Origin: Tricharina praecox
Lineage: Eukaryota
Assembly: GCF_024521635.1 (NCBI RefSeq)
Contig: NW_026250415.1
Location: forward strand, 310,001 to 374,000
Length of the DNA: 64,000 bases
Direction: 5' to 3'
Position numbers and translations under genes: made by a program
The notes under the pieces: model-generated
Databases searched by the model: none
Told to the model about the DNA's origin: nothing
What the model saw: the letters and a program-made list of their open reading frames with translations, nothing else
Part shown: piece by piece, positions 35,151 through 49,226 of the stretch
Layout of the letters: every line of letters begins with the position of its first letter
Position numbering within the stretch: position 1 is the stretch's first letter

Positions 35151-38100
35151 TAGTTGCGTGAACGCAGTGTTCCGTCTTCACGTGGAGGGCGAGGAGTCGT
35201 AGATGTAGGTCGAAGCTCCCGATCAGTCGCACTGTACTAGGTATAGCTAGGTTGATGACGCTCGATAGATACACATCTCCAAGACCCTATTCATTCTTAC
35301 TGAGGCCCCCGCGTCTACTACAGACTGCTCGCGTATGGACAACCGACGCGAACGAGGGAATCACAACTTCACAAGTGGTCTGTGGATGGCAGAGCCGACA
35401 GAGGACTGCATCGACAAGGTGACATACCTATGCAATCGGCTGTCTTCGGGTCTCGGTATGTAAGATGTATGTAACTCCTGCATTCTGGTGTGGATCAGCG
35501 AGAGGAGGAAGCGAGAGGAGGACCTGTCGGCGGGAGAAAACGAATGTGGTTAGTAGTGGGCATCAACGTTGGCGGCTATGGCGGGGTCTTCTTCTTCTCT
35601 TTCTTCTTTCTTGATCATCATCCACTGAATACCTGCACGATCAACCTCTATACCCTCTTTCTTCTGTGTGTGCTCCCCTCTCGACCCCTGGCCGGCCTGA
35701 AGGGGTGTTGGCCAAGGAGCCGTCAGCAAAACCGGCTTTCGAACTTTCGATCGGGAAGCTGGAGTGCTGCGGGCTGCGGGCTATGGGCTATGGGCGGTGG
35801 CATCGCATGTGTGGAATTCATACCCAACTGGTATGTAGGAGCACTCCGAATCAGGGCAGGACAGGGCAGGGCAAGGCACACCGCGGCGCCACGATCTCGA
35901 GGAGCTGCCTCACTCGATGTATGTACTCTACATACAAACGACCGCACGGGAAGTTCCATCTATTCCAGCCCGATGCCCGTATGCATTCTGGTCTCCTCGC
36001 TATACCCATACCTCCCGCGCGACAAAAAGAATCCTCCGGAGCTTGCCGCTGCATCCTGCAGCCAGCGGCGCCCGAGTGATCTACTGTGATTCACGTCAGA
36101 GACTTACGGCCGATACGGTACCGTAGTTACCCAATGTGCTGCCTGCTGCCTGCTGCCTAACATCAACGCACGTCAGGAGCGTAGACGGCCCGATGGGCGT
36201 TATGCAGTGCCGCAGTGCTTAAGGGTGGTAATATTCACAGCCAACCAACCACACTTTTTGGAAATTTGCCGGCCAAGGGAGAAGGAGGAACTTGGAAGGC
36301 GGAGTGGAATTTCGCTTCGTCCTGACCTGCCCGCCGCAGTGGACCGACCGACAGCAAATATACATGCTTTTGTGGATAGTTTCCTTCTCGTGCCGGTCCA
36401 CGATACCCCTTCCGACAACCCACTCAGTCCCCCTGCTGCGATGCGATGCGACAGCGCATGCCGTTTCCCAGTCTTTAGAGGATGCGCACGCCTCGTCCGG
36501 TGCGACGAGGCAAAGCCTACACATCACTGGTGAAGGAGAAGTACGTACGTACGAGCATACGTACGGACATATTTGCCCCGCTCACGGGGGTTTTGGAGGG
36601 GGTTATAGCAGCGTCCGCTATTTGTTTGTTTGCTGACCTGCCTTCACGCATCTAGACACCTATATTACGATCGATGATGGCGGCATGGGTGTGTGTATTT
36701 ATGCTGTTCCTGTCGAATCCTCCGTCTGGACGGTGCCAGCAGCCAACTTATAGGTGGGGGATCTCGAACAAAATGAGCGAATACCGTACCTACCGTACTC
36801 GATGGATGGGTGTCCCCGCTCAGATTCATCCGCAACTCCGCAACTGGTCCTCCGTGTGAAGGTGTATGTAGAGGACAACCCGAAAAGTGCTCTAGTTACT
36901 CTACTATAGAGTAGTCTCGACTCTCTCGCACTGTGCAGCTACATACCAGTGGAAGTTTGGATGGACGGACTAGTTACTATATCCAGTTGGCCACGGCGGT
37001 GGTGACGAGAATGATTCGGGATCGGAAGTACCGCCAATCTACCAGTACATAACTATCCTATATACAGAGATGGTTAGACGCGCTTGAGCGGAAACACCTG
37101 GCGCGAGATACTTGGTCGAGTATCTACCTACCTACTACATACTTGGTAGGTAGGTATCTGGGTAGCCATCGGTTCGGCACATACCTACGGTATCGATGGG
37201 ACCTGGAGGTTGTTTTTATTCCCCTCGGCTTCGTACCGTACCGTATGTACTCCTCTACATACGATGGATAACCGTAGGCAGCAGAGCAGGTAGAAGAGAA
37301 TGGAAAGGAATAATTCATTTATTGCCCGCAATAGCGAGCCACTCACGTCACCATCCGTTGATTTGAATTATTTTCTCTCTCGCAGAAACAGAAACAGAAA
37401 CATCGCCAATCGAATCTGAACCCCCGTCCGTCTGCCTGTCTCTCCATCTCCGAACGTATACGCTATCCTATTGGCGGGGACCCCACCAAAGAGGGCACTT
37501 ACATAGTCAACTAGCACCGGCGGAACTGTTGGTTGTTCCGGAGGCTTTCCGCATGCAGTTAACGCGGCCGGGCGGACGAGCGGCGAGCGACCAGCGACTT
37601 CCGCAAGGCCCTTTCGCTCGGAAAAACCTTAGATACAAATACGTGCGCAGCGGCCGCCCGTGCATGGAGGGGCTGAGAAAGAGAGACGGACGGGGTGGTT
37701 GATACGGGATGCGATACACGACTACGACGACCACGATGACGATTGACGGGCATGGAAACGGGCACGCGACCTACGGTACAGCTGCGACCGCCGACGGTTT
37801 TTCTACGACGCGCAGAACGGACTTGATACTCGTATTGGAGTGACGACTGCGACATGCGGGATGCGGGGGGTTTACTTTTTTTTGCCTGGTGAAGCCTGGG
37901 ATGAGTGATGAATTGCGACTTGGGATTGGGATTGGGATGCGAGTGGGTGGCTGTTGGGTTGTGGTTATGGTGGAGGTGGAGGTGAGGGTGGTGAAGGTGA
38001 GGGTGGTGAAGGTGGTGGTGGTAGTGCTGGTGGTGGGCACGAGGTCCATTTCATCAACGAGGATCCGGATTTGACCGTCAAGAAATAACGTTGTTCGGAA

Positions 38101-40832
38101 CCAAGCAGGCAGGAACCAGGGGCACGACGAGAATACATCAACTCCGGTGAAGGATTTGCTGGCGAGGTACCGAACCGGGAGGGTGGTTTATCCATAGCAG
38201 GCCGGTTTTTTTGGCCAGGGTTGTGGTCGAGTTGAGGTCGAGACTCGAAAGCGACGCGGATCCACCCCCTCCAACCTCATGCCTCGTTTCGCGCGGATCA
38301 ACTCGAGAGTAACGCAACCGGCGCAACTACCCTATCGCCGTTGCTGCTGCTGCGCTGTGGCCGCCGCCGGATAAACGCACACGCGCCATGCGACGTCGAC
38401 CTGCCTGAAGAGAAGGGAGCGATACTGGACGGGACGGGGAGTTACGCGTACGGCGCGCTGGCCACGGCGATTGATTGATTGCCGTCGCAGTGGAGCAGGT
38501 TCGGCTGGATATATACTTTCCAGCCAAGGAGGTGAGTAATTGCTGGATGTACTCTAGGTACTCTAATACCCAGTATACTCTATGTGCTTCGGATCCACTC
38601 AAGCTGGGAGATCTGGAAGAGATACCGCCCCCATCCACACACATCTTCATCCTCACTCAGATCCGCGACAGGCCAGCCACTGCATGAGACCCAATTTCAT
38701 GTCCGGGCGAAATAGAGTGCTCACCTTCCTTCTTTTTTCTTATTCTTATTCTTGTTCTTCTTCTCGCCTGCCCGTGGGGGCCGCCGATTTGTCACCTACC
38801 TTCTCTCCTCCACAGTCTGTCACACGAAGAAAAAAAAGAATTGCCACGAGCACTGCACACTGCAAACTGCACAATGCACGTACTGCGAGTTCGGAGGTTT
38901 CAGCAGCTTGCGCGATCTGGGCATCGGATTCTTCCTGCCACGAGGGAATGATCTACATCCCTCATTGCACAGGTTTTTCCTTTTTTTGCCTCTCTGTGGG
39001 TGTCCGCCATTCCCATTGGACAACCGGCAGTAGAGTAAGCAGAGAGGAGAGAGGAGAGAGGAGGAGGTAATGTGCGCGTGCCTTAGGCCCCCTTTTTCAC
39101 CGCCAATAGACGCAAGGCATCAAAGACAATTTACTCGCCATCCCGATTGTAACCACCGACTGCCGCTGCCACCTCCATCATCTCGCAACGGACAAACGCT
39201 GCATTCGATACCTGAGCGCCTATTCCCCTTCCGGTCGAGGAGGAGACGGCCCCGCCGACGAAGAGCCGATAACGAAACTTTCACGAGCGATATATTCCCG
39301 CAGCGGTCCGCGAGCAAATAGAATAGATACGGTAGATACGCATACGCACACGCCCTCATCTCATCTCATGCGGCATGTCCCATTCATCCGAATCCAACGG
39401 AGCACCGTGGGTCTACTATACCTACACCTACCTATCCGCCATGCCAACTGGTGTGCGGTCGGCGGGTCCGGTGGAACGGGTGTTGCCAGGCCAATAGTTG
39501 ATGAATGCATACACGCCCCCACGGATGATGAGATCGAGTCTTGTCGTCTGCTGCACGTCCATGTCTCGGATCCGACCATGGACAAGCTGGAATGGGAAAT
39601 ATGCCAATCGCATGAGGCGTCGCTTCTGGCTGGCTCCCAAGCCATCGGGTGAGCGGTTCGGAGACGACGACGGCCGAGATTCCGGGGTAATAGCGGGCGT
39701 GAGGTGGTGCGATGGATAGTATTGGATCGTATTGGATTGGATTGGTTGGAGTGGACGGATTGGACTGGAGGTAACCATATAGGCGAACGAAAAGCCACCC
39801 GGACCGTCAGCAGCATCAGCAGCATCAGCAGCATCAGCAGCAGCAGGTGTGCAGCGAGTCTCCGCCGATCCGGCCCTTTCGTCCTCGGTAGGTACGGTCA
39901 AGTCTCGGATCTCGAAAGCTCGAATGTTCAAATGCTCGAAAGCCCGAACGCCCAAATTTCGGCCCCTCTCTCCATCCACGTGGCAGACTCGACCCGATGC
40001 TGCACCACGTTTCGGGAGCGCAGAGGACTCAGTCGCTCAGGAGGGCGCTCGAATAACCCCCCCTCCCCTAGCGAGAATTCCCATTACCCGCGCCGCAGTC
40101 GGCAGTTCGTTTGCTTCTCTCGCACATGGCATGGAAGATTTCTCTCGTCCCTCCCTCCCTTCCCATTCCCCGGGCTGCTGCTGTCTTGGATGCAGCTACT
40201 GTGCTCTGGGTAAGTAGGTAAGTATCTAATTACTGGCCGCATTTCCTTCTGAAACCGCAAGTCACCCAACTTCGGAGCTTCCACTTTTGCGTGGCTCCCG
40301 TTAATTGGGAAAAGCTTGTTTTTGTTTGCAGTTGCAGTTGCGCGCACTCCTTCCTTCATTCCTTCCTTCCTTCCTTCTCTGTGGATTCACGAGGACTGAC
40401 GGTCGACCTTCGCCGCGCTATACGGTGCGGCAATTTCAATTTCATTTGGTATATACAAGTACAGTACCTACTTCAGTAACCACATAATGAACCCATATAG
40501 GTCGGATCCCATCGCTTCCGGGGGAGCCGCTCGTTCACTCGTCTTGTCGCGTCCGTCCGTCCGCGCTGTTTGTTGCACTCTGCGTTTCCAATCATTCGAT
40601 GCAAGCATCGTGGCGAATCGGGGGGGGGGGGGGGGGGGTATCACAGTTCACTTGCCTTTGCCTCGGCGAGGGATGGCTATGTTACCATATCTGCTTATCG
40701 TGATTCATGGTCTCGCACGACGCAGACTCGCCACCACTTCCGAGTTTCGGGACTGGCTGGTGTGTGGAGTATACATAGCACTCTAGTTAGTTAGTCAGTC
40801 AGGGAGGGGAGGGACTCAGAGGAGGGGTTAAC

Positions 40833-40898
40833 GTGTCTGGCATGTGTCTGGCAGGTGTCTGGCAGGTGTCTGGCAGGTGTCTGGCCGGTGTCTGGCAG
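40833..40898. repeat. 11-bp minisatellite (GTGTCTGGCAG)n, about 6 units
   Basis: Read directly from the sequence. Confidence 0.9.
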
Positions 40899-43800
40899 GC
40901 AGGCAGCACCCGGGGTTTGCCTGCAAACCGCTCGCTCCCAGCTGGCCAGCTGGAAAATCGATCGATTACACACACATACACAATATACATGAGATAGGGA
41001 TCCAGACTACCGAACCGTACCGTACCTAGACTCTAGACTTCAGAGTGACTGCCGTACCGTACCGCCTTCAAACGCAATATATGAAGCATGTATGTAGATG
41101 ATACGGTAGCATGTAGATGATAGCTGAGACCTGCCAGTGCCGCTGCTGCTGCTGTCATCGCTACATACTCGGCAAAGCACGCAGAGGGACGCAGAGCACG
41201 CAGCCTTCCGTCTCCACTGTCCATATGTGCGTGGTTCCGACTGAATACGGGCTGTAGCCTGTAGGTGCTGTACTCTCGCCAATGTAGGCAGACCTAGAGG
41301 CTTGAAGCTCCCAGAAAGAGCAGCGTACTTCCACCTCCGTCCGCCGCGCCGCTTGTGTCCCCGCCCCCGCCCCCGCCTTCGCCAATCCATGCCAACCCCC
41401 GCAAACTTGCCAATCCGCGTAGTCGAGGCTTGGAGGCTGGAGGCTGGAGGCTGAAGGCTGGAGCGATTGAGCTGCGGATTGGATGGGTGGGCTGGGCTGG
41501 GCATGGCTGGATTGGATTGGATTGGATTGGACTGGGCATGTATGTGCCATGGACATCGAACATACCAAGAACATCCGGCACGCGGACGAGCCACAAGCAC
41601 ACACGGCTGCATCGCTGCACAGCCCCGTTCACGATCAGAATCCACGATCCGAATCGCTGTCGAGCACTTCTACTCGAGCACATACATACCTCATACCTCC
41701 TACATACAGGATACAGATACCCACAGCGCCAGGACGAAAGCACGTACATACGCACGACGTATTACGGTTTACCTGTAGGTACTACCTGTAGGCACATATA
41801 CACACACATGTATGTAGTGTGGTATATCTAGCGTGCATACGTAGCCCCAACATCCCCACCATCCACGCCGTCGGAAGCTGGGCGTCCGCCGTCCACCGTC
41901 CGCCTTTCGCACTCCAATGTCCGTCCGGCCGTCCGGCCGTCCGGTCGTTGACTCTTGGAAGTTGGCGTTGGAGTTGGTACCTAGCGCTCGGAACGGCCGA
42001 GCACCAGCGACCGTAGCCATGGCCATGGCTGTGGCTATGTATGGCCAGACTGGAGTGTGGAGTGTGGGGACAAGCTTAGCTTACTAGCAGGCTACCTAGC
42101 AGGCTACCTAGCTGAAGCCTGGGCCTGGGGAATTGGACCTGGGGAATTGGGAATGTGGGGAAAGCAGACGGCGCGGCGGCGGCGGCGAACGGGGTCGGCG
42201 ACGGCGTTGGTGTTGGCGTCAGCATCACATCGGCGGCGGGTGCGCCGTTCGGTGGTCACTGGGGTGGGGAAAAAGCGGGGAAATCTGGGGTTGCCGGGGT
42301 TGGAACTTGGTGGAGTTTCCTCTGGCGTGGTTTGGCGTGGTTTGGCGTGGTTTGTTTCGTTTGGTTTGGCCTGGCGCGGCGTGGTGTTTGTTTGGCGTGG
42401 CGCGGCGTGGCGCGGCGTGGTGTGGTGTGGTTCACTGGTTCTCTCCCACGAATTACAAGCCCCCGCGAATTACAAGCCCCCGCGTATGGATGTACAGATG
42501 TATGTACATGGGAGGCCTGGGCACCGTGGGATACGAAATGTGGGGCACGGGCACTTGGAAGTGGGAAGTGGGAAGTGTTAGATATGTGGGATCGAAATGT
42601 GGGATCGAAGTTGGAAGTCAGTTAGCCCCGGTGGAACGGATGCGCTTGGTGAGTTCCTACCCAACGTACGTATGGCACCTCCACATATCTATGATCGCGA
42701 ACGTTGCCCAGGATCTGCACGGTGCAAGCCACACATCTGGGGGGATCTCTGTGTGGTTACTGGTATCATGGTGGTGGTATGGTGGTGGTCCTGGAGCACC
42801 GTTGTACAGTAGTTACATAGCGCGCCCCACAGCCGACCAGCGAGCCGTCCAACATCTAGCAGTCCAGCCCTCGTCCCAACCTCCTGTGCAGATACAAAGC
42901 CTGGTCTGCTCTGGCTTGGAGTCTGGTCTCCTCTGCTCTGGCCAGCTCTGGCGTTCCCCAGGTTATGTATGCCCCGCACACGGATCTTGCCAGTGGTATA
43001 AGTACTAGCGGTGCTAGTAGACTTGGTACATTCGCCTCCCATCTCCAAGCCCAGATAGACGCAGATACCTGTGCATACATACCTTGGTTGTATGTAAGTA
43101 GAGCACCCACCTGTGCGACTGGGCCAGCCGCTGACTCACGAGTGCCAAACATCCCGACTCGGATCATCCACCTATCCACCCATCCACGGACCACCCATCC
43201 ACGGACCACCCACCCACGCATCCATCCATCATCGCGGCTGCAGCACGCCATGCTTCTGCCACATGGGGAATCTCAGAATCTCAGCTCACGTCGGATGGAT
43301 GTGCGTTCGGGGTGGGATGTGCGTTTGGGGTGTGCGTTCGTGGTGTGGAGGGGAGAATCTACGGAACGTCGTTCGATGGGCCGATGCCCGACGCCGCTCA
43401 CGCTCGCGCATCCATGGCCCATGGGACGTGCGAGTAAAGTACGAGTAGAGTATGTACGGTACGGTACCCACCCGTACCGCCGTACCGCGTTGTGGTAGTA
43501 TATATGAGTGTGAGGTATGCATAAATGTATGTACGTAGGTTAGGCAACGGGGAGAGGGGGGATGGGAGGAGGGGGGGAGACACGGTACTGGTAATGCAGC
43601 GGTTTATTGCGAGCAGTTGGGGAAATAGAGCGACAGAGCGACAGAGCGACAGAGCCAGAGGCCCAAATAGAGGGGAGCCAGAGGGAGATCGATCTCCAGC
43701 GCACTGCAGAGTCCCCTCGTCGCTCTCGCGGCTCACGAGAGTGTGCGTGTGAGGGTGCGGGGTTTTCCCATCTACATACCTACTCTACTCTGCCTGTGTG

Positions 43801-44835
43801 TTGTGCCGATTTCGTCTCGATCTGTGTCTGGTAACGAACCATCACCTCTATGCGTGTGATAGGCAACGGGGACCCCGGCTACTCTGCTCCAGCTAGTCTC
43901 CATGTGGAACTCTACGTCAGATAGAGTGCGGAAACATGGAAGAAGGGGGAAAAGCAAATACGCAAAGCAAAAGCAAGCGAAGCGCCGCAAAAACCGTCCC
44001 GACGCGCGCTCGCATGCGCCGCGGCGGATGGTCTCGCCGTTTCAGGTACATTTTCCGAAGGCTGGGAAAAGAAAGGAAAAGAAAGAAAAGAAAGGAAGGG
44101 AAAGGGAGGGAAGGATGATGATGTCCCCCCACCGATGAACGCGCCTTTGTTTTTGTTTTTGTTTTTTACTTTTTATTTTGGCTGACGCCCGTGTCTCACT
44201 GGTTTGGAGCGACTTGACTTTGACTTGAGATCTGATCTGTCGCGAGAACAGACATGATCGCTGCTGAACGGGGACGGAGGGAGGGGGGAGATACGCTCTG
44301 TCCGCATCGATATCTACTATCTATACCATAGAGACTGGCAATGGCCATTGTCAGGTAGAGTGCTCTACCACACTCACCACCTACCACTATAGAGTCACTA
44401 TAGAGAGCCTTGGTAAGATGCACCCACTCACTTAGCACGACCAACCAGCCAACCAAGTCCTAACGCTTGGGTGGATACTCTATATACTCTATCCATAGTG
44501 GAGCACTTGCGACGGGCGACAAGGTTTTTCAACCGCAAAAACTACTGCGTCTTTGTTTCCCCACATTTTTAACGGGGCAAGGCTCGCTCACTCTTAAGAC
44601 TCTTAAGCTTACGACTCTAATACTCTAGCTAGGGTAACCATACCATGTGTGTAGATACTCGACAGTCTCGACTAGGTAGGAGGGTAGCAGACACTCTAAG
44701 TAGGTTGTCGACGGGGATTGTAAGCACCGGTGTAGCGCGACGACGCTTTTAACCTCAGCCAATCCTGCTCGTGTCAGCTCGAGACGAGTGCGAGTACTAC
44801 TTTATAGAGTAGTAGCAATTGCATCCTGCGAAATC

Positions 44836-44869
44836 GGGGGGGGGGGGGGGGGGGGGGGGGGGTGGGGGG
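44836..44869 (+). repeat. Long poly-G tract
   Basis: More than 25 consecutive G. Similar G/C runs occur at about 40620-40638 and 46197-46223. Confidence 0.9.
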
Positions 44870-46742
44870 AGAGAAAACGGGCGGACCTTCTCCGAGCTGG
44901 ACCTTCTCCGAGCTGGACTCTTCTCCCTCTCTTGGGTCGTCCCGAATGGAGCGGGCAGGCTGCAAGAAGGAGGAGAAGGAAGATGAAGAGGAGGAAGAGC
45001 ATTCATCCGGAATGGCATTCATGTATCGTCTCTGGCTGGCTGGCGACGGTTACATAGGAGGTAGGTACTCGAGTGCTCACTAGAGTAGGTACGTTAGGTG
45101 GTTACTCTACACCTAGTGCACTGCCAAACCGACCGCCAGACCGACCTCCCCCCCACACCTACTCTGCTCTGAGCCTGTCCACAATCTGCAGAAACTAGTG
45201 GATGTTCTGCACCGCGCATTGGCAGACACACCCTAGAGTACAGGCATGTGTTTGTCGGCCTGCGCTCTTGAATATCTTGATATCTAATCATCATCATCGT
45301 CGTCGTCGCCGTTCAGCCAGACAAGCAGGTGGCGGCGAGAGGGGAGAGAGGATGACCATTGTACTCGCTCACGGGCAAAGGGGACAAGACAAGACAAGCC
45401 GTGGAAAGCGAAAAACGAGCATGGTAACGAGAGGCTGGACTCTGCGTGCAGTCTGCAGCCTACAGACAAAGGAGACGAGGGGCTGGATGTCTGCGGTGCG
45501 TCTAGCTCGCACATATCTCTTGGTGCGGTTGCAGTCTGCAGGCAAAGTCCCGAGGGTTCTCGCAGACCCCCCACCCCCGGGACTGGAGCGGAGCGGAGAA
45601 TCCTCATGGAAATGTAACGCTGGGCTGAGCTGTGGGAAGCCGTCGCTGCCACCGCAGCAGTAACTCGCTCGCATTGCCACACGGTGCCTGCCCACTGCGG
45701 GCATATTCCATTCCCGCGGTTTCAGGGCAATCGTAGCGAAGCAAGTAGGTATCGTAAGTATCATACATTGTACATGCTATCGCTCGCATGCTACATAGAG
45801 TACCGATCCAACTCCTTTTTTTTTCTGCCACTTTCCCAGATATCGCCGCCGCCGCGAACCCGCAGCGGCAGAAACGGGATCCAGTTCCAGCTCCCGTGGC
45901 CTTGATGCCCTTCCTGCCTACCGTACTCACATACCCGCTCTCCTTCTCCTTCTCGTTGTGATGTAGCAGTGCTTGGTATCCCATGGGTTCGACGATTCAG
46001 TGCACACTGCACAATATAATCCTTCCTACCTATATTCAGAAACCCACAGCTGCCTGCGTATCTACTAACCAATGTAACCATTATACCCTGCGTCCCCCAA
46101 TGGCGCTGCTTTTTTTGCTCTTTCTTTGCTTTTTGTGGCTTCGGAAGAATACTCGTCACACTTGCCCCCCCCACCCACCGTAGACCCAGCCTTATTCCCC
46201 CCCCCCCCCCCCCTCCTCCCCCCAATATAATCTTCAGCCAACCAATGAGACGACTGCCGTGCAGCTGCTACCGTACTCTACAGGGGAGCTGTGGAAGGTT
46301 ATTGTTATTATTATTTATTTAATTTTTATTGTTACTGCTGCTGTGGTCGTTCACGGTTGAGTAGAGTAGAGTACTCTACAGTGGTTCAGGTTCCTCTGGA
46401 CCGACGTCCTCCGCAATCAGGTATAGCAGTTCTCTCTCTGTGTCTCTCTGGTGGACAGTGTGTCTCAGACGAATGTAGGTACATACAATTGATCCAACTG
46501 GAGAAAGTACTTATACCCCCCGCCGTGCCCCGTCACATCCCGCCTTTCCTTTCCCCCCCTTCTATTCAGACATCCCCATCCATCCATCCACCTGGCACTC
46601 GAAACAACTTGGCCCAGGACCAAAGAAAGAAGCATCGACATCACAGCGAGACTCAGCGCAGTTTTCGCAGTCGTCCCCCGCCGACTCGGCTTCCTACATA
46701 CATACACACACATTCATCGATCGATCGACGAGATACACAGAA

Positions 46743-48466
46743 ATGGCGTCGACACCGAATTACAACTCCTCCTCGGGCGACCTGGGCGAGAAGGAGACCG
46801 TGGCCCACGTACAAGGGCCTGGCTCGCTGGAATCGGGCTCTATCGGATTCGATCCGGAGGCTACAAAGAAGCTGTTGAGACGGATGGACTGGCATCTGGT
46901 GCCTTTCCTGGCTCTGCTGTACCTGTACGTTCTCCCTTCCCGACACGAGTAGAGTGAAGAAGAAGAAAAGATCCCCGGACTGACGTCGCGCAGGCTCTCT
47001 TTCTTGGACCGCACAAATATCGGAAATGCCCGTCTGGCAGGTCTCGAGAAGGATCTCGGCATGACCGGCCTCGACTACAATGTTGCTCTCGCCGTCTTCT
47101 TCCCGTGGTACGTCGCGGCCGAGATTCCTAGCAACATGATGATGAAGAGGACCAGCCCTTCCATGTGGCTTTGCGTTATCATGGTTGCCTGGGGTGTTTG
47201 TAAGTTTTTCTTCTTTTTCTCCCCGGACAAATATATCAAAAGTGAGCGATAGGCGCTGACCAAAAAAAAAAGGCATGACTCTCATGGGTCTGGTTACCAA
47301 CTTTGGCGGTCTTCTCGCTGCCCGTATGGCTCTCGGTATCGCTGAGGGAGGTCTCTTCCCCGGTGTCACTTTCTACATCACCCTCTGGTACCGGCGCCAC
47401 GAGTGCGGTCTGCGAATGGCCATCTTCTTCTCCGCCGCCACCCTCGCCGGTGCTTTCGGTGGTCTGTTGGCTCGCGGTATCGCCGAGATGGACGGAATAG
47501 GAGGAAAGCCCGGTTGGGCCTGGATCTTCATCCTCGAGGGCATCCTGACTCTCGCCGTCGCTGTCGTCGCCTACTGGGCCATCAACGACTACCCCGCCAC
47601 CGCAAAGTTCCTGAGCGCCGAGGAGAAGATCGAGGTTGAGCGCCGCCTGAAGGAGGACCGCACCCACTTGGCCGACGAGTACGACATGAAGTACTTCTGG
47701 GACGCCATGAAGGACTGGAAGATCTACGTCCACATGTTCATCACCATCGGAATCTACACCCCGCTGTACTCCATTTCGCTCTTCCTCCCCACCATCGTCA
47801 AGAACATGCACTACACCAACGAGAAGTCGCAGCTGATGACTGTGCCGCCCTACGTCGCCGCCTGTGTCATGACCATCGCCTGCGGCTACTTTGCCGACCG
47901 CCACCAGCAACGCGGCGTCTACATGCTCCTGTGCTGCGTGATCGCCATCATCGGCTTCACCCTGCTGATCGCCACCGACGACCCCCACATCCAGTACGCG
48001 GGTACCTTCTTCGCCGCCTGCGGTATCTACCCCGCCGTGCCCATGGGAGTCGCCTGGAACGGCAACAACATTGGCGGCTCGACGAAGCGCGCCGTCGGCA
48101 TCGCCATGCACGTCGGCTTCGGCAACCTCGGAGGTGTGCTCTCGGCCTTCTCCTACCGCGCCACCGATGCGCCCCGCTACTTCTCGGGCCACGGACTGCT
48201 CATTGGAACCGTCACCATGAGTGCTTGCTTCACCATCTTCATGACGCTCTACCTCCGCCGCGAGAACAAGCGTCGCGACGAGCTCATGGCGAGCCAGGGC
48301 CTCACCCTCGCCACCTACACGGACGAGCAGAAGGATGCAGAGAGGGAGCGCGGCGACGATGCCACTGTAAGTTTTTTTCCACCCCACCCCACCTCATCCA
48401 CCACGCTTTCGAGACCATCCCACTGACTTTGTTCTTTTTCTGCAGTTCTACCGCTACACCGTTTAG
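46743..48466 (+). CDS. MFS transporter, anion:cation symporter family (Tna1/Dal5-like), 4 exons
   Basis: LLRRMDWHLVP; SFLDRTNIGNARLAG; EIPSN; EGGLFPG; WYRR.E...R.AIF; GWAWIFILEG; WNGNN.GG.TKR; terminal FYRYTV*. Confidence 0.93.
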
Positions 48467-49070
48467 AATGACGCCGATCGCGCGATCGCCATCGCCATGG
48501 TCATCGCCGTCGACTACGTAACGCATCTCATTGTTCATTTCTTTGGATAGAAGTAGATGGATGGGGGCTAGATGGATCATGTCCGCAACCGTTTTTTTCT
48601 TATCTTCTTTTTATTTTAGCTTGACAGCTTAACTTACTATTCGTTATACATATTTTTTTCTTCATGACTCTGCTGGAGGGTATTTAGCTGCCGCATTTTT
48701 GTAGTTTTTTATTTATTTTATTTTACTGTTGGTGAGGGGAGATGGGAGAGGGGAGAGGGGGAGAGGGGAGGGGGGATGGAGATGGGGGGTGGATGGGAAT
48801 CGATATCGATATGATTACTTCTACGTACAGGTGCTGAGCGAGTGAGATTGTGAGTGAGGAAGTGAGTGAGCGGGCGAGTGAAAGATTGAGTCAGTGACCG
48901 AGTAACTATTATGTAGCGAGCAACCCACGGCGCAGTGGAGGGAAGCGGAGGGAAGTGGGGGGGAATGGGCAGCAGACGAAGCGGGAAAGCCGCCGAGTAC
49001 ATACATCTTAAGTGCATAGACTCCCTTCCACAAGCGAGGAGCTACTTAGGTAGGTGGGTAGCTCTGGCTG

Positions 49071-49226
49071 GTACTTGGGGTGCTTGGAGTGTTTGGAGTG
49101 TTTGAAAGTTGGAGTACTTGGAATACGTGAGGTATATGGAGTACCTACCCGAAGTACTTGAAGTACTTGGAGTAATTGGAGTTCGTGGTGCTTGGAGTAG
49201 TTAGAGTGCTTAGAGTGCTTGGAGTG
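49071..49226. repeat. Degenerate 9-bp minisatellite (GAGTRCTTG-like)
   Basis: Repeated ggagtgctt/gaagtactt/agagtgctt units; two more units occur at about 49562-49581. Confidence 0.75.

Noticed and set aside
41040-43500. Many overlapping ORFs of 100-290 aa in the gene-poor region
   Set aside because: They are low-complexity, microsatellite-derived sequences with no domain motifs or coding-type codon bias.
45900-47300. TPP riboswitch in the MFS leader or introns
   Set aside because: The conserved CTGAGA and GAACTTGAT...GATAAT elements were not found by eye.
47236-48387. 383-aa antisense ORF over the MFS gene (likewise 52253..53398, 51155..52018 and 4765..5643)
   Set aside because: These are shadow ORFs expected from strong GC3 codon bias of the real gene on the opposite strand.
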